Source: Candidatus Zixiibacteriota bacterium (GTDB lineage Bacteria; Zixibacteria; MSB-5A5; GN15; FEB-12). From it: a stretch of 64,000 bases of DNA. The stretch covers positions 49,486-113,485 of the forward strand of contig JAVEYB010000003.1 in the NCBI GenBank assembly GCA_034003725.1, in the 5' to 3' direction. A program made the translations under genes and the position numbers. Below are positions 45,739 through 55,743 of the stretch, in pieces (positions within the stretch are counted from its first letter, which is position 1; the number at the start of each line of letters is the position of its first letter). Below the pieces are notes generated by a model that was given only the letters and a program-made list of their open reading frames with translations, was not told the DNA's origin and searched no databases.

Positions 45739-46854
45739 ATGAGCGACGCAATGACGCGAACGACAGCGGAAGACGGCCTGTACGATATCACATTCGTGGG
45801 GGCCGGTCCCGTTGCCCTCTACGGGATGTATTATGCGGGCCTGCGCATGACCCGATTCAAAGCCATCGACATGCTCGACGAAGTCGGCGGCGGTCTGATG
45901 GCTCTGTACCCGGAGAAATATATCTACGATGTCGCCGGCTTCCCGAAAATCCTCGCCAAGGACCTCACCCGCCAGATGCAGCAGCAGGCGACCCAGTATC
46001 CGCACACGATGTGCCTCGGCGAGAAAGTGGTGCACATACGGAGAACGGACGCCGGCATAATCGAATTGACCACCGACAAAGGCATGCACCTGTCCAAAAC
46101 CGTGATCATCTGCGCCGGGCTGGGCGCGTACATCCCCAAGAAGCTCGACATTCCCGAAGTGCACGAACTCGAAGGGCGGGGCATCTTTTACTCCGTACGC
46201 CGTATCCGCGATTTCGCGGACAAAAACGTGCTGGTGGTCGGCGGCGGCGACTCGGCGTTCGACTATTCCATGATGCTGGAACCGGTCGCGCGCAAAATAA
46301 CGCACATTCATCGCAACGACTTCTTCAGCGCTCACGAAGATTCCGTACGAAAAGTGCGGGAATCCTCGGTTGAGTTGCTCGTTCCGTTCTGGGAAGTGAA
46401 GCGGATCGAAGGCGACGACTGGGTCTCTCGCGTGACGATCGTGCAGACGCGAACGGGCGAGGAACGGGTGCTGGATGTGGACGCGATCGTGTTTAATATC
46501 GGCTTTCTCACCAATCTCGGCCCGATCGAGCAGTGGGGATTGAAGCTGGATAAAAACGCCATCGCCGTGGACAGCCGCATGCGTACCAATATTGAAGGCG
46601 TCTATGCGGCCGGTGATATCGTCACTTACGACAGCAAGTTGAAACTGATTTCGACCGGCTGCGGCGAAGTGGCGATTGCCGTGAACAACGCCAAGAACTA
46701 TTTGAACCCAAAAGCAACCGTGAGCCCGGGGCACTCGACCGACAAGCATGAACTCGCCCAGCAGAGATGGGCCAAAAAACAGGCGGCGGCCCAGACTGCT
46801 CAAAAATCGGAAAACCCGCCGTCGACCCCGACATCTCACGAGACCGGAAGATAA
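45739..46854 (+). CDS. Thioredoxin-reductase-like ferredoxin--NADP+ reductase / pyridine nucleotide-disulfide oxidoreductase
   Basis: 'YDITFVGAGPVALYGMYYAG', 'VLVVGGGDSAFDYS' and 'GVYAAGDI'. It has no CxxC redox pair, which fits the TrxR-like FNR type. The listed ORF was trimmed to MSDAM. Confidence 0.7.
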   Translation: MSDAMTRTTAEDGLYDITFVGAGPVALYGMYYAGLRMTRFKAIDMLDEVGGGLMALYPEKYIYDVAGFPKILAKDLTRQMQQQATQYPHTMCLGEKVVHIRRTDAGIIELTTDKGMHLSKTVIICAGLGAYIPKKLDIPEVHELEGRGIFYSVRRIRDFADKNVLVVGGGDSAFDYSMMLEPVARKITHIHRNDFFSAHEDSVRKVRESSVELLVPFWEVKRIEGDDWVSRVTIVQTRTGEERVLDVDAIVFNIGFLTNLGPIEQWGLKLDKNAIAVDSRMRTNIEGVYAAGDIVTYDSKLKLISTGCGEVAIAVNNAKNYLNPKATVSPGHSTDKHELAQQRWAKKQAAAQTAQKSENPPSTPTSHETGR

Positions 46855-46856
46855 CC

Positions 46857-47936
46857 GTGTATTTTGCCCTGCCGAAAGAATATCGCGAGGCGCCTGTCGA
46901 TGAGTTGAAAGAGCGCATCACCGCGGCCCGACAGAAACTCGGCAGCCGCCTGATGATCCTCACTCACCATTACCAGCGGATGGAAGTCGTGGCGTTCGGC
47001 GACCACGTCGGCGACAGCTACGGTCTTTCCAAAATCGCCGCGGCCCGCAAGGACGTCGAGGTTATCGTTTTCTGCGGCGTGCATTTCATGGCCGAGTCGG
47101 CCGATATTCTCACCGCCGACCACCAGACGGTCTTTTTGCCGAATCCGCTGGCGGGCTGTCCGATGGCCGACATGGCGGAAATGGCCGACGTGCTCGAGGC
47201 CTGGGAGTATCTCAAACCGTTCGGCGCCGAGCGGACGATTATGCCCGTTTCGTACATGAACACGGCCGCCGGCTTGAAGGCCTTTACCGGCAAGTACGGC
47301 GGGTTGATCTGCACGTCGTCGAACGCCAAAGCCGCGCTTTCGTACGCCTTGTCCCGCCGGGAAAAAGTCTTCTTCTTCCCGGACGAAAATCTCGGCTACA
47401 ATACCGGCCATGCGTACGGTTTGAAGCCGGACGAGATGGTCATCTGGGATTTCCGTAAAGACCGCGGCGGATTGTCCGAGCAACAAATCGAGCGGGCGAA
47501 GATCATTCTCTGGAAGGGCCACTGTCACGTCCATACGAATTTCACGGCCGCGCATGTCGCGCAGATGCGGATGGACTATCCGGGCGTCAGGGTTGTGGTT
47601 CACCCGGAGTGCCCGCCACCGGTCGTGCAGGCTGCCGACGCCAACGGCTCGACCAAATTTATCGTCGAGTATTGTCGCAAAGCCGAACCGGGTTCCGTTA
47701 TCGCGATCGGCACCGAAATCAACCTGATCAATCGGATGGCCCACGAGCATCCGGACAAGACGATCCTCGAACTGTCGGGGCAGACCTGCCCGGTCTGTGC
47801 CAATATGTACCGCACGACCGTGAACGATTTGGCATATTGTCTCGAGAACTACGCCGATCTCAAGCCGATCCGGGTGCCGGAGCCGACTCGCTCCGAGGCG
47901 TTGCTGGCGCTGGAGAAAATGCTGGAGATCGCGTAG
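46857..47936 (+). CDS. nadA: Quinolinate synthase
   Basis: 'ILTHHYQR', 'VFCGVHFMAESADIL', 'CPMADM', 'WKGHCHVH', 'VVVHPECP' and 'CPVCANMYR'. GTG start 2 nt after the preceding stop. Confidence 0.85.
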   Translation: MYFALPKEYREAPVDELKERITAARQKLGSRLMILTHHYQRMEVVAFGDHVGDSYGLSKIAAARKDVEVIVFCGVHFMAESADILTADHQTVFLPNPLAGCPMADMAEMADVLEAWEYLKPFGAERTIMPVSYMNTAAGLKAFTGKYGGLICTSSNAKAALSYALSRREKVFFFPDENLGYNTGHAYGLKPDEMVIWDFRKDRGGLSEQQIERAKIILWKGHCHVHTNFTAAHVAQMRMDYPGVRVVVHPECPPPVVQAADANGSTKFIVEYCRKAEPGSVIAIGTEINLINRMAHEHPDKTILELSGQTCPVCANMYRTTVNDLAYCLENYADLKPIRVPEPTRSEALLALEKMLEIA

Positions 47937-48049
47937 ATAATCGGTCCAAATTGACGCCGCTGCTTGACGGGCGCGCGTATGAGAGTGTATATTCAAGTCT
48001 GTATTACATTTCCGGCGAAAACAACCAACGTACGATAAGGAACTCGGTT

Positions 48050-49444
48050 ATGGTGTCAGACGTCCTCGTCCCGCAGATGGGCGAATCAGTGCTGGAAGGA
48101 ACGATCCTCGAGTGGAAGGTCAAGGTCGGCGACAAGGTCGAAATCAATCAGCCGCTCGTCGAGCTGATGACCGACAAGGTCAACGTGGAGATTCCCGCCG
48201 AAACCGCCGGCGTCCTCACCCAGCAGTTTGCCCAGGTCGGCGAGGTCGTGCCGGTAGGGTCGCGAATCGCGACGATCGACGACGGCAAGGAAAGCGCCGC
48301 CGCGCCCGACTCCAAGGGGGGCGCAACCTCGGCCCCGCCCAAACCCTCGGCAGCGGCAACAAAGGCCGCCGCCCCGCCGGCTAGCCGGCCGGTCGTCCCG
48401 CCTCCGCCCCGTCCTGAAGTCAAAGGGACGGCGGCCGCCGGCAAGGGAAAGATGTCGCCGAAAGTCAGGATGCTGGTTCGCGAGTACGGGGTCGATCCCA
48501 AGGCTATTATTCCGACCGGCAAGGACGGCCTGGTGACGGTTGATGACGTCATGCGGACGGTCGAGGATCGGTCGGTATCGGCCGGGTTCACGATGGGTCC
48601 GATTCCCGCGCCGCCGCGTCCGATGACGATGGGTGTCGCCGCCCGAGAGGCTGCCGCACCGGCCCCGGGAACCGCGCCGGCCGCGCCGCCGAAGCCGAAA
48701 GTCGACGTGACTATTCCGAAGTTCGAACCGCTTCCGGCCGCCCAGCGCGAAACGCGCAAGCCGCTGGTTGGCGTGCGAAAACTAATCGCCGATCATATGG
48801 TGCGGTCCGTGCAGATTTCGCCGCACGTTACGACGTTCGAAGATATCGACATGACGGATCTGGTCCGTTACCGCGACGAGATAAAAGCCGATTTCAAGGC
48901 GACCTACGGGGCCAACATCACGTTCATGCCGTTTATCATCAAGGCGGCCTGCGTGGCGCTTAAGGAGTTCCCGACGATCAACGCGTCGCTGACCGAAAAA
49001 GAAATCATCCTGAAGAACTACTACAACATCGGTATAGCGGTCGCTCGCGATGAGGGGCTGATCGTTCCCGTCATCAAAGACGCGGACAAGAAAACGATTG
49101 TCGAACTGGCGGTCGAAATAGCCTCGATCGGCGAGAAGGCGCGTACCAACAAATTGACGCCGGACGACGTATCCGACGGCACTTTCTCGCTCACCAACGC
49201 CGGGATGTTCGGCGCGACGGCCTCGACACCGATCATCAGCCAGCCGCAGGTGGCCATTCTCGGCATACATCAGATTGTCAAGCGGCCGTGGGTCGTCGAC
49301 GGAGAAATTGTCATCCGCGACATCTCCAGTTTCGGCATGTCGTTCGACCATCGGTTGATCGACGGTCACACGGCGGTGCAGTTCCTCCACCGCGTGCATG
49401 AATATCTCGCCGATGCGCGCCGGCTTCTGATGAACCTGCGCTGA
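48050..49444 (+). CDS. 2-oxoacid dehydrogenase E2 component (dihydrolipoamide acyltransferase)
   Basis: Lipoyl domain 'LVELMTDKVNVEIPA', Ala/Pro linkers, peripheral-subunit-binding 'SPKVRMLVREYGVDPKAIIPTGKDGLVTVDDV', and catalytic 'SFDHRLIDG'. Confidence 0.85.
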   Translation: MVSDVLVPQMGESVLEGTILEWKVKVGDKVEINQPLVELMTDKVNVEIPAETAGVLTQQFAQVGEVVPVGSRIATIDDGKESAAAPDSKGGATSAPPKPSAAATKAAAPPASRPVVPPPPRPEVKGTAAAGKGKMSPKVRMLVREYGVDPKAIIPTGKDGLVTVDDVMRTVEDRSVSAGFTMGPIPAPPRPMTMGVAAREAAAPAPGTAPAAPPKPKVDVTIPKFEPLPAAQRETRKPLVGVRKLIADHMVRSVQISPHVTTFEDIDMTDLVRYRDEIKADFKATYGANITFMPFIIKAACVALKEFPTINASLTEKEIILKNYYNIGIAVARDEGLIVPVIKDADKKTIVELAVEIASIGEKARTNKLTPDDVSDGTFSLTNAGMFGATASTPIISQPQVAILGIHQIVKRPWVVDGEIVIRDISSFGMSFDHRLIDGHTAVQFLHRVHEYLADARRLLMNLR

Positions 49445-49455
49445 ACAGACGGGGC

Positions 49456-50160
49456 ATGAAGACGGTTTCCGCCGAAACGACATACGGGTGGGTACTGAGA
49501 CTGGACCGGGCCGACTACGGCCGGGTCCTTTCGTTTCAGCGGGGGCTCGTGCGGATGCGCAAGGACGGTTTCGCGCGCGATACCATCATATTTGTCGAGC
49601 ACCCGCCGGTGGTGACCGTAGGGCGCAACGGCCACGAGGAAAACTTCAAAGGGCTCGCGGTAGAGCCCTTTTTCATCGAACGCGGGGGAGACGTCACCTA
49701 CCATGGACCCGGGCAGCTCGTGGTCTACTTCATCTTCAACCTCGCCCGCCGCGGTCGCGACCTGCACCTGTTTATGGATCAGATACAGCAGGGCGTGATC
49801 CGGGCTCTCGCCGAGTACGGACTCGCCGCCCGTAAAGACGACACCAATACGGGGGTCTGGGTCGGCGACAAAAAGATCGCGTCAATCGGAATCGCCGTAA
49901 AAAACTGGATCACGTATCACGGAACGGCGATCAATGTCACGACCGATCTCGCCGACTTCGCGGCGATCAATCCGTGCGGGCTCAAAGCCGACGTCATGAC
50001 CACGCTGGCCCGGCTGACCGGCAGGGACGTGACGGTCGATCAGTTTGCCGACGTCATCCTCGCCCGCTACAGCGACATTTTCAGGACGGTGTTTACGCCG
50101 GTGACGCTCGAAGAACTGGCCGAAGATGTAGAGAGCCAGACGGGCGGCAACGAAGTCTAA
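49456..50160 (+). CDS. lipB: Octanoyltransferase (lipoyl(octanoyl) transferase)
   Basis: 'FVEHPPVVTVGRNG', 'RGGDVTYHGPGQLVVY', 'KIASIGIAV' and 'TYHGTAINV'. Confidence 0.85.
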   Translation: MKTVSAETTYGWVLRLDRADYGRVLSFQRGLVRMRKDGFARDTIIFVEHPPVVTVGRNGHEENFKGLAVEPFFIERGGDVTYHGPGQLVVYFIFNLARRGRDLHLFMDQIQQGVIRALAEYGLAARKDDTNTGVWVGDKKIASIGIAVKNWITYHGTAINVTTDLADFAAINPCGLKADVMTTLARLTGRDVTVDQFADVILARYSDIFRTVFTPVTLEELAEDVESQTGGNEV

Positions 50161-50957
50161 GGGCGCCGAGCCGCCCGCCGCTGCACCAGGTAGATCGCCA
50201 GTCCAAGCAGGAACAGCGAGATCGATATCGCCTGGTTGTAGGTCGGATCGAGTCCGAAAATCGAAAAGTACATCTCATTCTCGTAATACCTGACGTACTC
50301 GATTCCGAAGCGGAAGACCGCCTCAACCATAAACAGAACCGCCACGACCTGCCCGCTGAACGACTGGTGTTTCAGCATCTTGTGCAGCACGAGAAACAGC
50401 CCCAGACCGTACAGGGAGCTGTAGATCTGTGCCGGGTGCAGGTGAGCGTCTCCGAAGACGTAGTAGGGGATCGAACTCGCCGGGAATGACACCCCCCAGG
50501 GAAGGTCGGTCGGCGTGCCGAAACAACAGCCGTTGCAGAAGCAGCCGATGCGCGTGAAAAACAGGCCGATGCCCATGGTGGGCGAGAAGTAGTCGAAGAC
50601 CTCCAGCACCGACAGCCCTTTGATACGGCAGTAGACGAAGGCCCCGACTATCGCAAGGACTACTCCGCCGTACAGGTTGAGACCGGCGATGCCGAATGAG
50701 CCCGAATGGAACGGGTTGATCGCCGCGCCCCAGTTACCCGCGAACTCCTCCAGATGGAAAAGCACATAGGCAAGCCGGGCGCCGATAATGCCGCCGAATA
50801 TCAGTATGTACGCTATCGCGAGGTATGGCTCGAAACGCTTGCCGTCCCGCTGGGTTGCCCGGTACACATAGTAGACTCCCAGCAGAAACGAGACGGCCAG
50901 CATGAGGCCGTACATCCGGATCGGAAACGGGCCGATTCTGAAGAGCTCAGGCAGCAT
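50157..50957 (-). CDS. lgt: Prolipoprotein diacylglyceryl transferase
   Basis: 'FPIRMYGLMLAVSFLLG', 'GARLAYVLFH', 'GGVVLAIVGAFVY', 'RIGCFCNGCCFGTPT' and 'HPAQIYSSLYG'. Trimmed to MLPELF. Confidence 0.85.
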   Translation of the reverse strand: MLPELFRIGPFPIRMYGLMLAVSFLLGVYYVYRATQRDGKRFEPYLAIAYILIFGGIIGARLAYVLFHLEEFAGNWGAAINPFHSGSFGIAGLNLYGGVVLAIVGAFVYCRIKGLSVLEVFDYFSPTMGIGLFFTRIGCFCNGCCFGTPTDLPWGVSFPASSIPYYVFGDAHLHPAQIYSSLYGLGLFLVLHKMLKHQSFSGQVVAVLFMVEAVFRFGIEYVRYYENEMYFSIFGLDPTYNQAISISLFLLGLAIYLVQRRAARRP

Positions 50958-51858
50958 GTGACACTGGTACCTTCGATGTTGAGTTTTGTTTCCGGCCGAC
51001 CGGGTCCCACCGGTCATACCATTTCCAGACGACAACGGTACAGGCAACCGCGATAGCGACGCCGACAACGACGTCGGAGACATAGTGGAACCGTCCCCAC
51101 ACGGTGCCGATCGCGAGCCCGATATTGATCGGCAGCAGCAGCCATCCGAGCCGGCGGTAATGCCTGAAGCAGAACAGCAGGATTACCAGGGCGACGGCGA
51201 CATGGGTCGACGGCACGCAGCCGCCTCGGACGGCTCCGTTTTCGATGACGATGTTGACCAACTCGCGAAAGACCGGCCCTTCAACGGCGTGCGTATACTC
51301 CTCGGCGAAATGCCAGCGCGGCCCCTGGACCGGGTACAGGAAGAACAGCGGGTACGACACGAAAAACGTGAGGCAAATCGCCGATATGCCGCGCTTGAGG
51401 ATCTCGTAGTCCTTTCGAAAGAAGGCATACAGCGTGAAGCCCGGGATCATGAAATAGTAGCAGAAATAGCAGAACATTACCGCCTCGGTAAACCATACCG
51501 CAGGCAGGAGCCGGTCGATGTACATTGTCGGATTTACGCCGAAAAGCGCTTTTTCGAATTCCGTAATCCGCCCGTCGAACCACCCCTCATGCAGAAGGAA
51601 AATAGTGCCGCCGGTCATTTTGTAGAAAAACGTAAACAGAAGCACCGGGTACGCATAGCGAACCAGTGCCATCAACCGACCCCGTGACGGGTCGACAAAG
51701 CGAGCGACCGCAAACGGCAGCGCCGCCATTAGTCCGTAAAAGGCCAGCTCGTCGACGTAGCCCGGCAGCGGCCGGCCGACGATCAGCAGCAGCAGCGCCA
51801 TTCCGACGCTGTACCCGATGACGATTATATCAGTGGGGAGGAGGCGCCGAAACGTCAT
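50947..51858 (-). CDS. PAP2-superfamily membrane phosphatase-like protein
   Basis: Polytopic. C-terminal 'PSTHVAVALV' and 'GRFHYVSDVVVGVAIA' (PAP2 motifs C2/C3). ATGA overlap with rsmI. Confidence 0.6.
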   Translation of the reverse strand: MTFRRLLPTDIIVIGYSVGMALLLLIVGRPLPGYVDELAFYGLMAALPFAVARFVDPSRGRLMALVRYAYPVLLFTFFYKMTGGTIFLLHEGWFDGRITEFEKALFGVNPTMYIDRLLPAVWFTEAVMFCYFCYYFMIPGFTLYAFFRKDYEILKRGISAICLTFFVSYPLFFLYPVQGPRWHFAEEYTHAVEGPVFRELVNIVIENGAVRGGCVPSTHVAVALVILLFCFRHYRRLGWLLLPINIGLAIGTVWGRFHYVSDVVVGVAIAVACTVVVWKWYDRWDPVGRKQNSTSKVPVSHAA

Positions 51859-52571
51859 GTATGATCCTGCGTATCGATCAGTTTCGGGTTGTTGCCGGCC
51901 ACCACGACCACAATCTCACCCTTGACGCTTCGCCCGGCGAATCGCTTGATGATATCCGAGAAGGAACCGCGCGCATACTCCTCGAATTTCTTGGAGACTT
52001 CCCGGGCCACGCAGGCCGGCCGGTCACCGAACACCTCGCGCATATCCTCGAGACATGCGAGCAGCCGGTGCGGTGATTCGTAGAATACGAGCGTGTGCGG
52101 GTAGTCGTGCAATTCGCCGAATCGGCGCTTGCGCGCCGACGTTTTCGGCGCGAGGAACCCCTCGAAATGGAAGCGGTCGGTGGGAAGCCCGGAGGCCGTG
52201 AGCGCGGGCAACAGCGCGCTTGCGCCGGGAAGCGCAACCACGTCGATGCCGGCGTCGATCGCGGCCCGCACGATCCGGTACGCCGGATCGGAGATTCCCG
52301 GGGTGCCGGCGTCGGTCACCACGGCCACGGATTTCCCTGAGGCGATTTCCTGCGCCAGCGACCCGGCCTGCTGCCGCTCGTTGTATTCGTGGTAACTGAT
52401 CAGTTTCTTCTTCAGGTTGAAATGAAACAGCAGCTGACCCGTTGTCCGCGTGTCTTCACACGCCACCAGGTCAACCTCGCCGAGCACGCGGAGCGCGCGC
52501 TGCGTGATATCTTCGAGATTGCCGATCGGCGTCGGCACCAGATACAACTTGCCTTGTTCGGAGTCCACCAC
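51855..52571 (-). CDS. rsmI: 16S rRNA (cytidine1402-2'-O)-methyltransferase
   Basis: 'LYLVPTPIGNLEDITQRALRVL', 'VACEDTRTTGQLL', 'VTDAGTPGISDPAYRIV', 'LPGASALLPAL' and 'VFYESPHRL'. Confidence 0.9.
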   Translation of the reverse strand: MVDSEQGKLYLVPTPIGNLEDITQRALRVLGEVDLVACEDTRTTGQLLFHFNLKKKLISYHEYNERQQAGSLAQEIASGKSVAVVTDAGTPGISDPAYRIVRAAIDAGIDVVALPGASALLPALTASGLPTDRFHFEGFLAPKTSARKRRFGELHDYPHTLVFYESPHRLLACLEDMREVFGDRPACVAREVSKKFEEYARGSFSDIIKRFAGRSVKGEIVVVVAGNNPKLIDTQDHT

Positions 52572-52577
52572 GCGTCC

Positions 52578-53387
52578 TTACGTGTCGAGATTGAGTCGCT
52601 CGGGGACCGGCTTTTTGCCGAGCGGCGCGATGTCCGGCAATCTTCTCTTGAACGCCGTACGATTGAGCATCGACACGACCCTGCTGGCGTCGGCGCCGGA
52701 CAATCCGGCCGCTTCGATGTGCGCCAGCGACGTCACCCCTTCGTCCACCAGCATCGTCAGCAGCCTGTCGATGGTGTCGTACGTCACACCGATCTCTCCC
52801 TCGTCCGTCTGCCCCTGCCACAAATCGGCGGTCGGCGTTTTTGTAATGATGCTGTCGGGAATGCCGATCGCCTTTGCAATCTCGCGCACTTCTGTTTTAT
52901 ACAGCTCGCCGATCGGATTCACCGAACACGCCGAATCACCGTACCACGTGGTGTATCCGAGACAAATCTCCGTGCGGTTGCCTGTGCCGAGGACCAGTCG
53001 ATTGGTTTCGTGAGCGATATCAAACAGGATGCTCATCCGTTCGCGCGCCATCTTGTTGCCCGCCCGTACGCGGTTGGACTGGTCGATGGTCGGGAAATAC
53101 GCGTCGATCATCGGCGAAATATCCACGCGGCGAAAACTGATGCCGAGCTGATCGATCAACGCGCGGGCGTCCGCTTCCGATCGAGCGGACGACGTCCGGT
53201 AGGGCAAAAGCACCGCGAGCACCCGGTCCGCGCCGCAAGCTCGCACCGCCAGCGCGCAGGAAACCGCCGAATCGATCCCCCCGGACAGCCCGACCACATA
53301 CCCGCTCAGGCCGGAACGCAACAGCTGCCCCGTGATAAACCGCTGCATGGTCGTGATGGCCGAATCACGATCGAACCTGTAAGTCAT
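52578..53387 (-). CDS. nadE: NH3-dependent NAD+ synthetase
   Basis: 'VVGLSGGIDSAVSCALAV' (PP-loop), 'LVLGTGNRTEICLGYTTWYGD' and 'NPIGELYKTEV'. Trimmed to MTYRFD. Confidence 0.85.
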   Translation of the reverse strand: MTYRFDRDSAITTMQRFITGQLLRSGLSGYVVGLSGGIDSAVSCALAVRACGADRVLAVLLPYRTSSARSEADARALIDQLGISFRRVDISPMIDAYFPTIDQSNRVRAGNKMARERMSILFDIAHETNRLVLGTGNRTEICLGYTTWYGDSACSVNPIGELYKTEVREIAKAIGIPDSIITKTPTADLWQGQTDEGEIGVTYDTIDRLLTMLVDEGVTSLAHIEAAGLSGADASRVVSMLNRTAFKRRLPDIAPLGKKPVPERLNLDT

Positions 53388-53510
53388 TGTCACACTCCGT
53401 TGATTGCAGACAATAGCCAATTCACCGGGGGCTTTCAAGTCAAATATGCGATTGACAAAGCCCACGATTGCCTCTATCGTTTGCTATTTCCAAAACACGG
53501 AGAAGCGACC

Positions 53511-53942
53511 ATGAGTGTAAACAAAGCGATCCTTATCGGACGGCTGGGCCGGGATCCCGAGTTACGGTATACCCCCGGGGGGAAGGCTGTGGCGAGCTTT
53601 TCGCTCGCGACCACGGAACGCTGGACCGGTCAGGATGGTCAGAAAAACGAATCCACCACCTGGCATAATATCGTCGCGTGGGGACGGCAGGCCGAAGTAA
53701 TGAAAGAGTATCTCGCCAAGGGACGCCAGGTGTACATCGAGGGGAGGATCGATAACCGGAGTTATGAGGACAAGGAAGGCAACAAGCGGTACATTTCCGA
53801 AGTGGTCGTGCAGAATTTCCAGTTCCTCGAGTCCCGGGGCGACTCCCGCGGCGGGACCGCCTCCTACGATCAGACCCCGCCCCCCGATCTTCCGCCCGAC
53901 CGGGGAGCCGGCGGCGGTCAGGATGATGACCTCCCGTTCTGA
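53511..53942 (+). CDS. ssb: Single-stranded DNA-binding protein
   Basis: GGAGAAG RBS. 'NKAILIGRLGRDPELRYTPGGKAVASFSLA', 'TTWHNIVAWGRQAE' and the acidic tip 'DDDLPF'. Only the last 143 codons of the listed 517-aa ORF are used. Confidence 0.9.
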   Translation: MSVNKAILIGRLGRDPELRYTPGGKAVASFSLATTERWTGQDGQKNESTTWHNIVAWGRQAEVMKEYLAKGRQVYIEGRIDNRSYEDKEGNKRYISEVVVQNFQFLESRGDSRGGTASYDQTPPPDLPPDRGAGGGQDDDLPF

Positions 53943-53968
53943 TCACGGCATGCACAGACAAACCGCTA

Positions 53969-53998
53969 AGGCCCCATCGGATGGGGCCTTATTTATTG
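53969..53998 (+). terminator. Rho-independent terminator after ssb
   Basis: Stem aaggcccca / tggggcctt, loop tcgga, then 'atttatt'. Confidence 0.65.
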
Positions 53999-54135
53999 CT
54001 CAAATTCCGCGCCCGGTTTGTTCAAGAGTCGGGCTCAGTTTGGCCCTCCGGTCTGCCGTCTTCCATAATAGATAACAGTAGTGGCACGGCCCGGCTTTGT
54101 GTTGCCGGCGCCGGAAGATGGAGGTTGAACCACCT

Positions 54136-54714
54136 ATGTCTGCTCAAGTACAACCGATTGACTCCCCGGCCCAGATCAGTGCGGGCAAGCTGCAGCTGTA
54201 CAAGGCGATCGTACTTATGGCCGGTACCGCCGTATTCGTCTCGGCGGCCGTGATCATCTACTTCGATCAGATCGTCTCGCAGCAGGTCACCGAAGGGCTG
54301 GCCGGCCGGCTGAACCTGCTCGCAATCACCCTGATGCCGTACCTGATTTCCGCGGCCGTCGCGGCCATGACGGCGATCGGGATTCTCGCCCTGCTGCCGT
54401 CTGCGCGGCTGTATGATCCCGCCCAGACTCTGCTTCTGCGGCTGCGGGAACTGCGCCATGGCGATCTGTCCAGCAGGGTCGCCCTGACTCATCCGCAGCT
54501 CAAGATTCTCGCCATGGAACTTAACGACGCGGTCGGAACACTGGGCAGCCAGTTGACCAGTTTGAAGGTTCTCAACCGGCAGCAGTGGGAAGTCCTCGGC
54601 CGCATTCGTGCCGCAGCGGAGATGAACGGTTGCAGGGAGGTTCTTTCGCACGTGGAAGAGATGGAACGCAACTGGGCGAGGATTGCCGAGGTCGAAGAGC
54701 GCCTGATTACCTGA
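54136..54714 (+). CDS. Membrane protein with two TM helices and a HAMP-like domain, no recognisable output domain
   Basis: TMs 'AIVLMAGTAVFVSAAVIIYF' and 'LLAITLMPYLISAAVAAMTAIGILALL', then 'LRLRELRHGDLSSRVAL..LKILAMELNDAVGTL' (HAMP pattern). The start choice is uncertain (54097, 54118 or 54136). Confidence 0.5.
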   Translation: MSAQVQPIDSPAQISAGKLQLYKAIVLMAGTAVFVSAAVIIYFDQIVSQQVTEGLAGRLNLLAITLMPYLISAAVAAMTAIGILALLPSARLYDPAQTLLLRLRELRHGDLSSRVALTHPQLKILAMELNDAVGTLGSQLTSLKVLNRQQWEVLGRIRAAAEMNGCREVLSHVEEMERNWARIAEVEERLIT

Positions 54715-54720
54715 GCGAAC

Positions 54721-55743
54721 TCAGCCGCCGACTTTCTTCTCGAGGGCGGCGAGACGGCGCGCGAATTCCGGGAGCCGGGACAGCGACGCCTCGATCCGTT
54801 TCGCCTGCATGAACTCACGAGCCGGGGAACCGAACACGACGGTACCCGGCTCGACGTCTTTGGTGACTCCGGATTGCGCCGCTACCGTTACCTTGTCGCC
54901 CAGTTCGATGTGTCCTATCAAGCCCACCTGCCCGGCCAGGATGACGCCGTTGCCGATCTTCGTGGAGCCGGAGATACCTGCCTGCCCCGCAACGAAGCAG
55001 AACATGCCGATCTGCACGTTGTGGGCTATCTGCACGAGATTGTCGAGCTTGGTGCCCCGACCGATACGCGTTGCGCCGAGCATGCCGCGATCGACCGTCG
55101 TATTGGCGCCGATCTCCACGTCGTCCTCGATCACCACCGTCCCGACATGCTGAATCTTGTGGATCCCGCCCTCGCCCGGGGCGAATCCAAAACCATCCGA
55201 GCCGATCACGACGCCGGGTTGAAGAATGACGTTGTTTCCGATCGTGCACCGGTGGAGTATGCGCACCCCGGGATGAAGCACGCAGTTCTCTCCGATTGTC
55301 GTCTGGGGACCGACGTGAACCGATGACACCAACTGGGTGCCGGCGCCGATGCGCGCCCCGGCCTCGATCACACACAGCGGACCGATACCCGCGTTGCCGT
55401 CAACCGCCGCGGACCCGTCAACCACCGCCGACCCGTGGATACCGGCGGGGACGATCCGGGCGACGGGGTGGAGGATGTCGATGATGCGGGCGAACGTCAG
55501 GTACGGGTTCGGATGCCGAAGAGCCGGACGCCCCGACGAGTCGGTCTCTAAATCCAAAACCAGGGCCGAGGCCCTGGTTTCGGGGATGAACTTCCGGTAT
55601 TTCTTGTTGTGAACAAAACTCAACTGCCCCGGCCCGGCGTCGGTAATGGTGTTGACGCTATGGACGGCGACACTGCCGTCGCCGTCGATCCGGGCGCCGA
55701 CCCGATCCGCGAGATCGGCCAGCGTATGCGATCGCTTATTCAT
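54721..55743 (-). CDS. lpxD: UDP-3-O-acylglucosamine N-acyltransferase
   Basis: The N-terminus '[17 protein letters not shown]', left-handed beta-helix hexapeptide repeats throughout, and '[18 protein letters not shown]'. Confidence 0.9.
   Translation of the reverse strand: MNKRSHTLADLADRVGARIDGDGSVAVHSVNTITDAGPGQLSFVHNKKYRKFIPETRASALVLDLETDSSGRPALRHPNPYLTFARIIDILHPVARIVPAGIHGSAVVDGSAAVDGNAGIGPLCVIEAGARIGAGTQLVSSVHVGPQTTIGENCVLHPGVRILHRCTIGNNVILQPGVVIGSDGFGFAPGEGGIHKIQHVGTVVIEDDVEIGANTTVDRGMLGATRIGRGTKLDNLVQIAHNVQIGMFCFVAGQAGISGSTKIGNGVILAGQVGLIGHIELGDKVTVAAQSGVTKDVEPGTVVFGSPAREFMQAKRIEASLSRLPEFARRLAALEKKVGG

Noticed and set aside
52389-53510. N-terminal 374 codons of the listed 517-aa plus-strand ORF
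   Set aside because: This part is antisense to rsmI and nadE and has junk composition. Only the final 143 codons, which have their own RBS, encode SSB.
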